Source: Verrucomicrobiota bacterium (lineage in GTDB: Bacteria > Verrucomicrobiota > Verrucomicrobiia > Verrucomicrobiales > DEV007). Taken from it: 55,014 bases of DNA. Shown piece after piece: positions 32,693 through 42,496 of the stretch; the stretch's first letter is position 1, and every line of letters begins with the position of its first letter. A program made the position numbers and the translations under genes. A model generated the notes under the pieces. It did no database searches and was not told the DNA's origin. It saw only the letters and a program-made list of their open reading frames with translations. Where the stretch lies: NCBI GenBank assembly GCA_045046875.1, contig JASFYY010000025.1, positions 1 through 55,014 of the forward strand, given 5' to 3'.

Positions 32693-35600
32693 TTATTTAC
32701 TCGCAGCAGCAGCTACTTCCTGCTCTTCATCGTCCTTGATCTTCACTCCCACGTCGGACTTGGCCTGCACTTTGACAAACTGGGTCTGGTATTCGTCCCA
32801 CTTGGCCAGGATATCGCGGGCGCGCTCACTGTCGGTGTATTCGAGGTGCTGGTAAATCAATTCCTTCAACGCGGTGATATCCGCCTCATCAGTCAATGCC
32901 ACCGCTTCAGTCATTTCGGTATTATGGCGGCTGGCAAAACGATCTTTGCTATCGAGCACATAGGCCGTGCCACCGCTCATGCCTGCACCAAAGTTCTTGC
33001 CGGTCGATCCAAGGATCACCGCAACACCGTTGGTCATGTATTCACAACCATGATCTCCGCAGCCTTCGACCACTGCGATGCCACCCGAGTTACGAACGCA
33101 AAAACGTTCACCGGCCCGGCCACGGGCATAAAGGTTGCCGCCAGTCGCACCATAGAGGCAGGTATTACCAATGATTGAATTTTTCTCAGCGACAAAATCC
33201 TCATGGGCTTTATCAGCAGGACGGACAATGATTTCTCCACCACACATGCCTTTGCCCACATAGTCGTTGGCCTCGCCCAAGAGCCGCAGCCTCACCCCGC
33301 TCACCAAAAAGGTGCCGAAGCTCTGCCCCGCACTGCCCGTCAAGGTGATGTCCAGCGTTCCCTTCGGCAAACCGTGATTGCCCTGATGATAGGCAATGTC
33401 ACCAGAAAGTTTGGTGCCGACATTACGATGGGTATTTTTGATCTTATAACTCAGCTCGATTTTCTGCTTACTTCTCAGAGCAGGAATAGCGTCTTGAATG
33501 ATTTTGTCATCCAAGGGGCGCTCGTGCAAACCGTCATTGCGTTCAAAACGACAAATACGTGGCAGCTCTTCTTCGGTATCCGCATTCACATCATGCAGCA
33601 ATTTTGAAAAATCCACAGAGTTCGCTTTGGGATGCCCGGGCACTTCAAGTTGTTCGAGGAACTCAGGCCGTCCGATCACTTCATCCAGGCTGCGCGCTCC
33701 GATGGAAGCTAGATGCTCGCGCACTTCCTGAGCCACTGCGTTGAAAAAATTGATCACATTCTCAACCGAACCTTTGAACTTGCCGCGCAATTTCGAATCC
33801 TGGGTGGCGATGCCAACCGGACAGGTATTCAGATGGCAACGACGAACCATGACACAACCCATGGCCATCAAAGCGATGGTACCGAAGTTAAACTCTTCCG
33901 CGCCCAGAATAGCCGCATGCATGATGTCCATGCCATTGCGCATACCTCCGTCCGTGCGCAAAGTCACCCGGTCACGCAAACCGTTGAGCATCAGCACCTG
34001 TTGAGTTTCGGCCAAACCGATTTCCCAAGGCATACCGGCATTTTTGATCGAACTCAAAGGCGAGGCGCCCGTTCCTCCGTCATAACCACTGATCAAAATG
34101 ATATCAGCATTGGCCTTGGCAACGCCGGCCGCGATGGTGCCTACTCCCGTTACAGAGACGAGCTTAACCGTTATGCGCGCACGTGGATTCACTTCTTTCA
34201 AGTCGTGAATCAACTGGGCCAGATCTTCGATCGAATAAATATCGTGATGCGGTGGCGGACTGATCAATGTCACCCCCGGTTGGGTATTGCGCAATTTGGC
34301 AATCAGACCGTTCACTTTAAAACCAGGCAACTGCCCGCCTTCACCAGGTTTGGCTCCCTGTGCCATTTTGATCTCCAACTCTTCTGCGCTCGCCAAGTAT
34401 TCAGCCGACACCCCAAAACGCCCCGAAGCGATCTGTTTGATCTTGCTGTTTTTATTGGTTCCAAAACGGGCAAAATCCTCGCCACCTTCACCGGAATCCG
34501 ACTTGCCACCGATCGCATTCATCGCCATCGCCAACACCTCGTGAGCTTCCGGACTGATCGCACCCATCGACATCGCCGCCGTGGTGAATCGACGCCGGAT
34601 ATCCTCGGCGGGTTCCACTTGATCAATTGGGATCGGACCCTTGGCCTTGGGCACCAGACCAAACATGTCATGCAGAGCGAGCGGTTTGTTCTCTTTGAGA
34701 TCTCCCAGGTAAGCATTGTAATCCTCTTGCTCTCCGGTTTTTACAAAATTATGGAAGCTCTTCACCACCGGCCCGTTCACCGCATGGCGCTCGCCATTAC
34801 GACGGTAGCGGTAATTGCCCGGATCTCCCAGTTTGATCGGCGTCTCAGTTTCTTCGCCAGGCACCGCTTGAGCAAACGCATCCTTATGGCGTTGCAAACT
34901 CTCAGCTGCGATTTCTTCAAATCCGATTCCAGCCACCTGCGAAGGGGTGCCGGAAAAACAACGATCCATTACTTTATCACCCAAACCAATCGCTTCAAAA
35001 ATTTGTGCGCCCTGGTAACTGTTAAGCACCGAAATGCCCATTTTGGACATGATTTTCAACACCCCTTTTTCCAAAGCGGTGCGGTAGTTCACCAGCGCAT
35101 CGGTTACAGAAATGCCCTCGAAGGTTTTTTTGCGATCATTTTCGATCAACTCCCGCACTGTTTCCTGAGCCAACCATGGGCAAATCGCGGTAGCTCCAAA
35201 TCCAAGCAAACACGCCATCTGGTGCGTGTCCCGCGCCTCGGCGGTATCGATCACCAAACTGGTCAACATGCGTTTGTGCTGCCGATTGAGGAAATGGTGA
35301 ACCCCACCTGTAGCGATCAATGTGGGCAAAGCCACCCGCTCATGACTGATCGCCCGATCGGAAAGCACCAGCACCTTGGCACCGGCATCAATCGCCGCTT
35401 CTGCTTCGCTGCAGACCCGTTCAAGTGCAACGGCCATGCCTGCCTGCCCCTCCGAGACCAACCAGGTGGTATCGATGGTTTTCACCGGATAATCCGCGTG
35501 AAGCGTTTTCAGTTTTTCCAACTGCTCGGTGAACAAAAACGGTGTTTCCAAATGAATCACGTGAGCATGCTCAGGAGTCTCGGTCAGCAAATTGTGCTCT

Positions 35601-37261
35601 GGTCCCAGATCCATCGCAATCGACATCACCAGACGCTCGCGGATCGGGTCAATCGGCGGATTGGTCACCTGAGCGAACAGTTGCTTGAAATAAGTGTATA
35701 ACAATTTAGGACGCAAAGACAAAACCGACAGCGACGCGTCGTCGCCCATCGAGTAGGTCGCTTCCATCGCTGTTTTCAGCATTGGCGAGAGCACCATGTC
35801 CAGCTCCTCCTTGTTGTATCCGGAAGCCACTTGATTTTGTGACACCGTCAACAAATCAAGATCCCCACTAGGTTCCTCGGGCTGGGTATCCACCAACTCG
35901 TCGAACTCAATCCGGTTGTCCTTCAGCCACTGTCCGTAGGGTTGCTGCGAAGCCAAACGCTGCTTCAGTTCTTTGTCCCGCACCACCTCGCCTTTTTCCA
36001 GATCGACATAAATCATTTGTCCCGGTCCGAGGCGACCTTTTTCGATCACCCGCGAGTCATCCAAGCGCTCGGAACCAAACTCCGATCCCAGACAGAAAAT
36101 TCCGTCTTCAGTGATTTTGTAGCGTGCCGGACGCAAACCATTACGGTCCAAACTGGCCGCGATGTTTTTACCATCGGTGTAAGCCAAAGCCGCCGGGCCA
36201 TCCCATGGCTCGGAAAAACAACGGTGATATTTATAAAAAGCCGTCACTTCCTCGTTCGCCGAGGGGTCGATTCTCCACGCCGCAGGAACCAACATCGCCA
36301 TCGCGTGCGGGATCGAACGCCCGGATAAAACCAGCGCTTCAAAAGCATTGTCCAAACTCGCCGAGTCCGAACCGTCGGGATCGATCAAGCCTTTCAGCAA
36401 TTTGATATCCTCTCCCCACACCTCGCTATCAAAATCCGCCACCCGCGATCCAAACCAGTTGCGATTGCCTTTGAGTGTATTGATCTCACCATTGTGGGCG
36501 AGCATGCGGAACGGTTGCGCCAGCGCCCAGGTTGGAAATGTATTGGTGCTGAAACGCTGATGATAAAGGCAAATCGCCGTTTCAAAATCCGGGTTCTGCA
36601 AATCGAGGAAAAAAGCCGGCAAAGCATTGGCCGCCATGAAACCCTTGTAAGCCATCAAGCGGCTCGACAGCGAAGCGATGTAGATATTTTCGATATCCTC
36701 CTTGTTCGCTTTGATCTCGATCTCACGCCGCGCCAAAAACAAAGCGCGTTCAAAAGCATCGCCATCCATGCCCTGCGGACGTTTCAGCAACACATGATGG
36801 ATATCCGGCAAAGTGCTACGGGCTTTGTCACCCAGCGCCCCGACATTGAGCGGAACTTTCCGCCAGCCGATCACGCTGATGCCACGGTTGCGCAGCACAC
36901 CTTCGAATAAAATCTTGCCCTTGAGGCGATCTCCCGCCGCGCCTTCACACAAAAACACCACACCCACCGCCAACTCGGAGATATCATTGAGCTTGCAGCC
37001 CAGCTTCTCCGCTTCGGCGAGAAAGATTTTCGCCGGAATCTGAGTGGTCACCCCAGCCCCGTCACCCGTTTTGTTATCCGCGTCGAGCGCACCACGATGG
37101 GTCACATTGCTCACGGCAGTGACTCCCAATTGAAGGATTTCGTTACTCGCTTTGCCCTGTATTTGAGCCACAATGCCCACGCCACATGCATCGCGTTCCA
37201 GTTCCGGGCGGTGAAGGCTGCCCTCGGAGTTTATCGAAGTCTGGTAGTATTTGTTCATCAT
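32693..37261 (-). CDS. gltB: Glutamate synthase large subunit
   Basis: DACGVG, HQRFSTNT, EPWDGPA, QGAKPGEGGQL, CVMVRRCHLNTC, GXGXG domain. Confidence 0.97.
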   Translation of the reverse strand: MMNKYYQTSINSEGSLHRPELERDACGVGIVAQIQGKASNEILQLGVTAVSNVTHRGALDADNKTGDGAGVTTQIPAKIFLAEAEKLGCKLNDISELAVGVVFLCEGAAGDRLKGKILFEGVLRNRGISVIGWRKVPLNVGALGDKARSTLPDIHHVLLKRPQGMDGDAFERALFLARREIEIKANKEDIENIYIASLSSRLMAYKGFMAANALPAFFLDLQNPDFETAICLYHQRFSTNTFPTWALAQPFRMLAHNGEINTLKGNRNWFGSRVADFDSEVWGEDIKLLKGLIDPDGSDSASLDNAFEALVLSGRSIPHAMAMLVPAAWRIDPSANEEVTAFYKYHRCFSEPWDGPAALAYTDGKNIAASLDRNGLRPARYKITEDGIFCLGSEFGSERLDDSRVIEKGRLGPGQMIYVDLEKGEVVRDKELKQRLASQQPYGQWLKDNRIEFDELVDTQPEEPSGDLDLLTVSQNQVASGYNKEELDMVLSPMLKTAMEATYSMGDDASLSVLSLRPKLLYTYFKQLFAQVTNPPIDPIRERLVMSIAMDLGPEHNLLTETPEHAHVIHLETPFLFTEQLEKLKTLHADYPVKTIDTTWLVSEGQAGMAVALERVCSEAEAAIDAGAKVLVLSDRAISHERVALPTLIATGGVHHFLNRQHKRMLTSLVIDTAEARDTHQMACLLGFGATAICPWLAQETVRELIENDRKKTFEGISVTDALVNYRTALEKGVLKIMSKMGISVLNSYQGAQIFEAIGLGDKVMDRCFSGTPSQVAGIGFEEIAAESLQRHKDAFAQAVPGEETETPIKLGDPGNYRYRRNGERHAVNGPVVKSFHNFVKTGEQEDYNAYLGDLKENKPLALHDMFGLVPKAKGPIPIDQVEPAEDIRRRFTTAAMSMGAISPEAHEVLAMAMNAIGGKSDSGEGGEDFARFGTNKNSKIKQIASGRFGVSAEYLASAEELEIKMAQGAKPGEGGQLPGFKVNGLIAKLRNTQPGVTLISPPPHHDIYSIEDLAQLIHDLKEVNPRARITVKLVSVTGVGTIAAGVAKANADIILISGYDGGTGASPLSSIKNAGMPWEIGLAETQQVLMLNGLRDRVTLRTDGGMRNGMDIMHAAILGAEEFNFGTIALMAMGCVMVRRCHLNTCPVGIATQDSKLRGKFKGSVENVINFFNAVAQEVREHLASIGARSLDEVIGRPEFLEQLEVPGHPKANSVDFSKLLHDVNADTEEELPRICRFERNDGLHERPLDDKIIQDAIPALRSKQKIELSYKIKNTHRNVGTKLSGDIAYHQGNHGLPKGTLDITLTGSAGQSFGTFLVSGVRLRLLGEANDYVGKGMCGGEIIVRPADKAHEDFVAEKNSIIGNTCLYGATGGNLYARGRAGERFCVRNSGGIAVVEGCGDHGCEYMTNGVAVILGSTGKNFGAGMSGGTAYVLDSKDRFASRHNTEMTEAVALTDEADITALKELIYQHLEYTDSERARDILAKWDEYQTQFVKVQAKSDVGVKIKDDEEQEVAAAASK

Positions 37262-37567
37262 TTCTAAATATCGTCGCCTCTTGGCTTCTTATATGGGGAT
37301 TGTGTTCACTTCTGCCGCCGCGCATCTGTTTAATTAATCAGCGAAGCAACTGGGTGAAAGTCTCTTCCCTTTCAGGAATCCCCTTTTTCTTTCCAAATTC
37401 TTGCCAAATTCGCGTCTCGTTCTCTCAAAACCGGCTGAATTCCGGTTGGGAAGGAGTGCAAGTCTGGGGACGGAGTTTACCGAATTTCGGGCAAAGGTCA
37501 AGCCTAGCAGACCCTCCCATCTGTGCCAATCCCGTAACTATAAGGGATATAAGCCTAAAAAAGGTGC

Positions 37568-38419
37568 TCAGGATTGGTAACGACAGACCGCAGGATAGGA
37601 ACCGGCGCTGCGAATACTGATCGAACAAGCCTGCGCTGCCTGCAGCGCGGCCATCACAGCCGGATCATTCTCATCACCGTCAATTTCGATGAAAAAACGA
37701 TACGTATTGGGCTCTCCAGCCACCGGATTCGACTCGATACGGGTCAAATTCACCCCTTGTTCGCCGAATACCGACAAAAGTTGACACAAAGTGCCTGCTT
37801 GATTGGCCAATTTCACCACCAGACTGGTTTTGAAACCCTCAGCCAGGTTTTCACCGGGAAAAGATTGCCCCGGGTGACCAATCAGGAAAAACTGGGTCAC
37901 ATTCGGCACCTCGTCGGCAATCGGGAATTGTAAAATTTCCAAACCATGCAAATCCGCACTTTTTTTGGTGCCAATCGCCGCCGCTCCGTCCTCACTGGCC
38001 GCCTGCGCCGCCGCCTGCGACGTGCTGCCCACACTGATCAACTGCGCCTGCGCATAATGCTGCTTAAGCCATGAGCGACAGTGATCCAGAGGCGCAAAAT
38101 AGGAATAAACCTTGCTGATTTCATTTCCTTGCCGACCCAGCAAAGCCAGTTTCACATCAAGCGTGATCTCCTCCAAAATGCGCACATTAGCCGAATCATC
38201 CTTGGCTATCTCCCGGATCGTCTCCTGAATGATGCCCCCGGTGGAATTTTCCACCGGCACGATGCCGCAATGATCTTCACTGCTGGCAACAAAATCAAAA
38301 ACCTCCCCCACCGTGCGGCAAGCCGCAAAATCCTGTTCCCCAAAATGCAGCTGCGCCACCATATTGGCAAAACTGCCTTCAGGTCCAAAATGAGCAATCG
38401 ATGTGGCCGGAGTCTTCAT
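37568..38419 (-). CDS. pheA: Prephenate dehydratase with ACT domain (no chorismate mutase domain)
   Basis: GPEGSF, VPVENSTGG, NVTQF, VNLTRIESNP, YRFFIE. Confidence 0.85.
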   Translation of the reverse strand: MKTPATSIAHFGPEGSFANMVAQLHFGEQDFAACRTVGEVFDFVASSEDHCGIVPVENSTGGIIQETIREIAKDDSANVRILEEITLDVKLALLGRQGNEISKVYSYFAPLDHCRSWLKQHYAQAQLISVGSTSQAAAQAASEDGAAAIGTKKSADLHGLEILQFPIADEVPNVTQFFLIGHPGQSFPGENLAEGFKTSLVVKLANQAGTLCQLLSVFGEQGVNLTRIESNPVAGEPNTYRFFIEIDGDENDPAVMAALQAAQACSISIRSAGSYPAVCRYQS

Positions 38420-38495
38420 AAGCTACCAATGAAATACAACGCTTATTTCCTTCATGAAAGCACAACCTCAAATTTCTTTTTGCCGTTTATTTGAT

Positions 38496-38542
38496 AAATC
38501 CATTCTACCGGAACAAAACTCTTAATCTTGAAGTTTTATTCC
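38496..38542 (+). repeat. 47-bp direct repeat, copy A (copy B at 40044-40090)
   Basis: 40/47 identical by manual alignment. Confidence 0.75.
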
Positions 38543-38547
38543 CTCAC

Positions 38548-39453
38548 TCACTCAACTTCCCCCTCCGACACCAGTATATGCGCGACGATCATTCGGGTCA
38601 CATCTGCGAGTGCGTCATAATCCAAGGTATCCGGGGTATCGCTAGCTGCGTGGTAATTCGGATTACGAAACTCCGAAGTATCCGTCCACATCAAAGCCGG
38701 CACTTTTGCCAACCAGAATGGCGTGTGATCACTGCGTAACAAATCTCCGAATATTTTTTCTATCCCCAAAAAAGCCTTCAGTGATAACAATGGTGTGGAA
38801 GTGCCTATTCTTTTAGTCACTTTCAGGATCTCTTTGTTAATCTTATTGGACTGGGAGTTGCTTAAAACTCCTATGAAATCTCCCACAGACGGCATCGGAA
38901 TTGGCAAACCCACCGGTTTGCCCTGAGAATCGGGTTCGTGCGAATAATAACCCACCATTTCAAAAATATGAGCCTGTGAAATGACATCATGAATGCACGG
39001 CCCCTGATTTTCCACAAAATCCCGACTACCCAACAAACCATCCTCTTCGCAATTAAACACCGCCACGATCAGTGGAGCTTCACTGTGAATAGCCAATACC
39101 TTGGCGGCTTCGAGACATACCGCTATAGCGCTATTGTTATCATCTGCGCCTGGGGTGGTAGGAACGGTATCGTAATGGGCCCCTATCAAAATCGCAGGCT
39201 GCGAGGAAGCTGATGGTCGACGGGCGATCACATTGTCATAACGCCCCTCACATTCAACTTCATAACCAAAACAGCGCAGCTCCTCAAAAATCCAATCACG
39301 CGCGCGCTCATTAGCCTCACGATTCGCCTGATAATGACGTGGATAAGCAAGAGCTTCCACCGTTTCACGCAAAGAAACCGGTGAAATTTCCTCCAACGCC
39401 GGATGATGCAAAGTCCCATCACAAACACCCGCCTTTACCTTTGAAATTTGCAT
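38548..39453 (-). CDS. M28 family metallopeptidase
   Basis: IGAHYD, GADDN, EEDGLLGS, SDH, YH...D. Confidence 0.9.
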   Translation of the reverse strand: MQISKVKAGVCDGTLHHPALEEISPVSLRETVEALAYPRHYQANREANERARDWIFEELRCFGYEVECEGRYDNVIARRPSASSQPAILIGAHYDTVPTTPGADDNNSAIAVCLEAAKVLAIHSEAPLIVAVFNCEEDGLLGSRDFVENQGPCIHDVISQAHIFEMVGYYSHEPDSQGKPVGLPIPMPSVGDFIGVLSNSQSNKINKEILKVTKRIGTSTPLLSLKAFLGIEKIFGDLLRSDHTPFWLAKVPALMWTDTSEFRNPNYHAASDTPDTLDYDALADVTRMIVAHILVSEGEVE

Positions 39454-39567
39454 AACTTATAAAACAAGATTGATCGCATTCACTAGACCACATGGTTGCC
39501 TGAACCCAGACAAGCGTAACAATTAAACCCTCAAACTTCAAGCCTATTGAAAAGGGTTTTACCCGAA

Positions 39568-39881
39568 GGGTGCAGAACAAAAAAGTTAGCCATTGATTAT
39601 TGGAAGCTACCTTGTCACCCATCAACATCATTTCACCCGTTGCCTCCGACGGTCTACGCCACGCTCCGACTCAGGGCTGGTTAAGCCCGGTTCAACCCCA
39701 GTGCTTTGCACCAGGCTATCACATTCTGACCTTACAGGACAGTTTACTTCCCTCTCTTGCACCAACGGTGCTCAATGATACAGCCCAGTGCGAAGCGCTG
39801 GGTAAACAATCCAATTCTTCCAGCCCTGCAAAGGGCGAAACGCATAGTGGTCAGCAACTCAACTATTCTGTCTTACACCCT
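39568..39881. repeat. Nested palindromic element, copy 3, more diverged, with a ~30-bp insertion in the first hairpin
   Basis: Colinear with copies 1 and 2; extra GTTGCCTCCGACGGTCTACGCCACGCTCCGACTC. Confidence 0.85.
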
Positions 39882-40043
39882 AGCCGAAACCCAATCCCCT
39901 CATCATTCTATTCCACCACGCCATCCCTCTTCACTCCTCTTCGTGCTCCTTAGTGAACTTCGTGGATAACTGCATTTGTTACCAGAGGGAGCGAGTGACT
40001 GCTGCTTACTCTCACCTCATCAGCGCCGCGCAAACGGATTTGG

Positions 40044-40090
40044 AAATCCATCCTACGGGAACAAACCCCTTAATATTGATGCTTTATTCC
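40044..40090 (+). repeat. 47-bp direct repeat, copy B, overlapping a GTAG REP-like hairpin (40032-40056, minus strand)
   Basis: Matches 38496-38542; minus strand reads GTAGGATGGATTTCCAAATCCGT. Confidence 0.75.
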
Positions 40091-40100
40091 ATCCCCTCTT

Positions 40101-40145
40101 TATCAGTGTTTATCAGTGTTTATCAGTGAATATCAGTGGTTTAAA
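40101..40145. repeat. ATCAGTG short tandem repeat (4 units, 10-bp period)
   Basis: TATCAGTGTT TATCAGTGTT TATCAGTGAA TATCAGTGGT. Confidence 0.85.
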
Positions 40146-40197
40146 AGAAACAAATATGGAAATTTGCATTACGAAGCGGGCAATCAGAGCGATCGCC

Positions 40198-40851
40198 CTA
40201 CAGTAATTCCAGCAACTCTCCCGGCGTATCGATCACCACGCTCGCTCCATTCGCGATCAATTCCTCCCGTCCTCTAAAGCCCCAGGAAACTCCCACTGCT
40301 TTAATCCCCGCATTCACCGCGGTCTGCATGTCGACCGAACTGTCACCGACAAAAATCGCTTTATCAGCACTCGTCCCCATGCTCTGCAAGGCATCCAAAG
40401 CCCCCGCCGCGTCCGGTTTCCTCGCCACCCCTTCGCGCTGACCCAGCACCACATCCCAAGCATGCTCCCCCAAAAACTCCTCCACACACTTCAGCGCAAA
40501 GACATGTGCTTTGTTAGTCAAAACCCCCGTCTTCACCGCTCGCTGCGACAGCTCCGCCAACAAATCCGTAATGCCGTCATAAACCCGGGTTTTATTTTTC
40601 CACCGCTGCTGGTAAGCCTCTTTGTATTCAGCAAGCCGCAGATCCAAAACCGCCGGATCCTCCACCTCACCGCAAGGAAAAATCCGCTGCACCAGCTTGC
40701 CCATGCCATCACCGATGAAAGTGCGGTAAGCCTCCACCGCATGCGCGGCATGCCCATGCGCCTGCAACACCGCGTTGCCCGAGTCAGCCAAATCATCCAG
40801 CGTATCGAGCAGCGTGCCGTCGAGATCAAATATAATCACCGTTTTTTTCAT
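40198..40851 (-). CDS. HAD family hydrolase (phosphoglycolate phosphatase-like)
   Basis: FDLDGTL, LTNK, RKPD, VGDSSVD, VSWGF. Confidence 0.92.
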   Translation of the reverse strand: MKKTVIIFDLDGTLLDTLDDLADSGNAVLQAHGHAAHAVEAYRTFIGDGMGKLVQRIFPCGEVEDPAVLDLRLAEYKEAYQQRWKNKTRVYDGITDLLAELSQRAVKTGVLTNKAHVFALKCVEEFLGEHAWDVVLGQREGVARKPDAAGALDALQSMGTSADKAIFVGDSSVDMQTAVNAGIKAVGVSWGFRGREELIANGASVVIDTPGELLELL

Positions 40852-40902
40852 CGTACCGGATCAAACGCCGCCCCATGATAAAACCACTTAGCGCCACGCC
40901 CC

Positions 40903-41583
40903 TTACAATGTTTTCAACTTCACATTGCGAAACCAAACCGGGTGGCCGTGAAACTGAAAGCCAATATGCCCCTTACGCGGCAGATCCTTCAAAGGTTTTT
41001 TGAACTTGTTCTTCGAGCCGTCCGGATTTTTGTTAGCCGTATCCCATTGATCGATATCCGCTTCGATAACCGTCTTCCCATTCAACACCAGGGTGATCTT
41101 CGGCCCCTTGCAGGTGAGCTTCATTGTATTCCATTCACCATCAGCTTTGCCCGCAATTTCGGTGGGAGCCAGGGCATCGTAGAGTGATCCCAATACATTG
41201 CGCCCCTCATTGCGCTCGTGATACATATTGCTCGAAGCGATCTGAATCTCAAAGCCCCCTTGCACCGCGTTTTTCGGATCAGTGCGGAAAAACAAACCGC
41301 TGTTGCAATCCTTGGAGGTTTTGTATTCCAACACGATCTCAAAATCCTCATAAGCGTCTTTCGACCAGATGTAACCACCGATCTTGGCCACCGGCGAAAG
41401 CACTCCGTCTTTCAGTTCCCACGCCCCCGCTTTGTCCATCTTCCAATTCGCCAGACCCCCCTTCAACAAATCAACGCTTTCCCCCGCCCAAAGCGTGGAA
41501 GGCGCAGAAGACACCGTGACAGCAGTGATGATCGCCAAGGCGTTTAAGTAAAAAAATCGTTTGAGGCTGGTTATTGTTTTCAT
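40903..41583 (-). CDS. DUF1080 (3-keto-disaccharide hydrolase-like) exported protein
   Basis: Signal peptide, NSGLFFR, FEIQI, GEWN, GHIGFQ.H, FRNVK. Confidence 0.88.
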   Translation of the reverse strand: MKTITSLKRFFYLNALAIITAVTVSSAPSTLWAGESVDLLKGGLANWKMDKAGAWELKDGVLSPVAKIGGYIWSKDAYEDFEIVLEYKTSKDCNSGLFFRTDPKNAVQGGFEIQIASSNMYHERNEGRNVLGSLYDALAPTEIAGKADGEWNTMKLTCKGPKITLVLNGKTVIEADIDQWDTANKNPDGSKNKFKKPLKDLPRKGHIGFQFHGHPVWFRNVKLKTL

Positions 41584-41706
41584 AAGTCGGAACTAAACTG
41601 CCAATACCTGTGATTGGCAAGTGAACGAGGAAAATCAAATACTTGCGTTTTCCCTGTATAAAAATCACAAACATCGCATAAACTAAAGGCTCACTCCGTT
41701 TCCCGC

Positions 41707-42486
41707 ATGTCTAATTTTGAAATCACCTTCCTCGGCACCGCCACTTCCATCGGAGTTCCCGTCATCGGCTGCGATTGCCCGGTTTGCGAATCCGACGACC
41801 CGAAAAATAATCGCCTAAGAGCTTCCATTTATGTTAAGACTCCTAATTTTGAATGGGTGGTCGACACCGGCCCGGACTTCCGCACCCAATGCCTGCGAGA
41901 AAAAATCCAGCACCTCGACGCCGTCATCTACACCCATCAACACTCGGATCACGTGGTCGGCTTTGACGACCTGCGCCGCTTCACTGTTGGCGAAAACGCC
42001 GAGCTGCCGATTTATGCCACGCCCGAATGCATGGACGCGCTCAAGCGCAGTTTTGATTACGCGTTTAATGGAAAAAATCGCTACCGGGGTTATTTCAAAC
42101 CCAAGCCCCATCTGGTGGACGGCCCTTTCCAACTCGGTCAAACCCTGGTCACCCCCCTGCCGGTGATCCACGGCAAAGTCGAAACCATCGGTTATTTGTT
42201 CGAGTCCCAAGGCAGCCGTGTCGCCTACATCCCCGATGCCAAGGAGATCCCCGACGAGACCCGAAAGCTGATCGAAGGTGTTGATGTGCTGATCCTCGAC
42301 GCGCTGCAACTCAGCCCCCACGCGACCCATCTCAGCATGGAGGAATCCTACCGCATCAGTGTGCAAGTCGGAGCCAAACAAACCTGGTTCACCCACTTTT
42401 CCTGCCGCATCGTTTACCACGAAGTTGAACTCGATCTCCCGCCCAACATCAAGTGCGCCTGGGATGGCTTGAAAATCACCGCCTGA
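41707..42486 (+). CDS. MBL-fold metallohydrolase (PhnP/LipB-like phosphodiesterase)
   Basis: LGTATSIGVPVIGCDCPVC, DTGPDFR, THQHSDH. Confidence 0.9.
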   Translation: MSNFEITFLGTATSIGVPVIGCDCPVCESDDPKNNRLRASIYVKTPNFEWVVDTGPDFRTQCLREKIQHLDAVIYTHQHSDHVVGFDDLRRFTVGENAELPIYATPECMDALKRSFDYAFNGKNRYRGYFKPKPHLVDGPFQLGQTLVTPLPVIHGKVETIGYLFESQGSRVAYIPDAKEIPDETRKLIEGVDVLILDALQLSPHATHLSMEESYRISVQVGAKQTWFTHFSCRIVYHEVELDLPPNIKCAWDGLKITA

Positions 42487-42496
42487 TCGTTTTGTC

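Noticed and set aside
33713..35701. 662-aa + strand ORF
   Set aside because: Antisense shadow of gltB; no recognisable motifs
40101..40145. ATCAGTG arrays as CRISPR
   Set aside because: Units are 9-10 bp with no unique spacers
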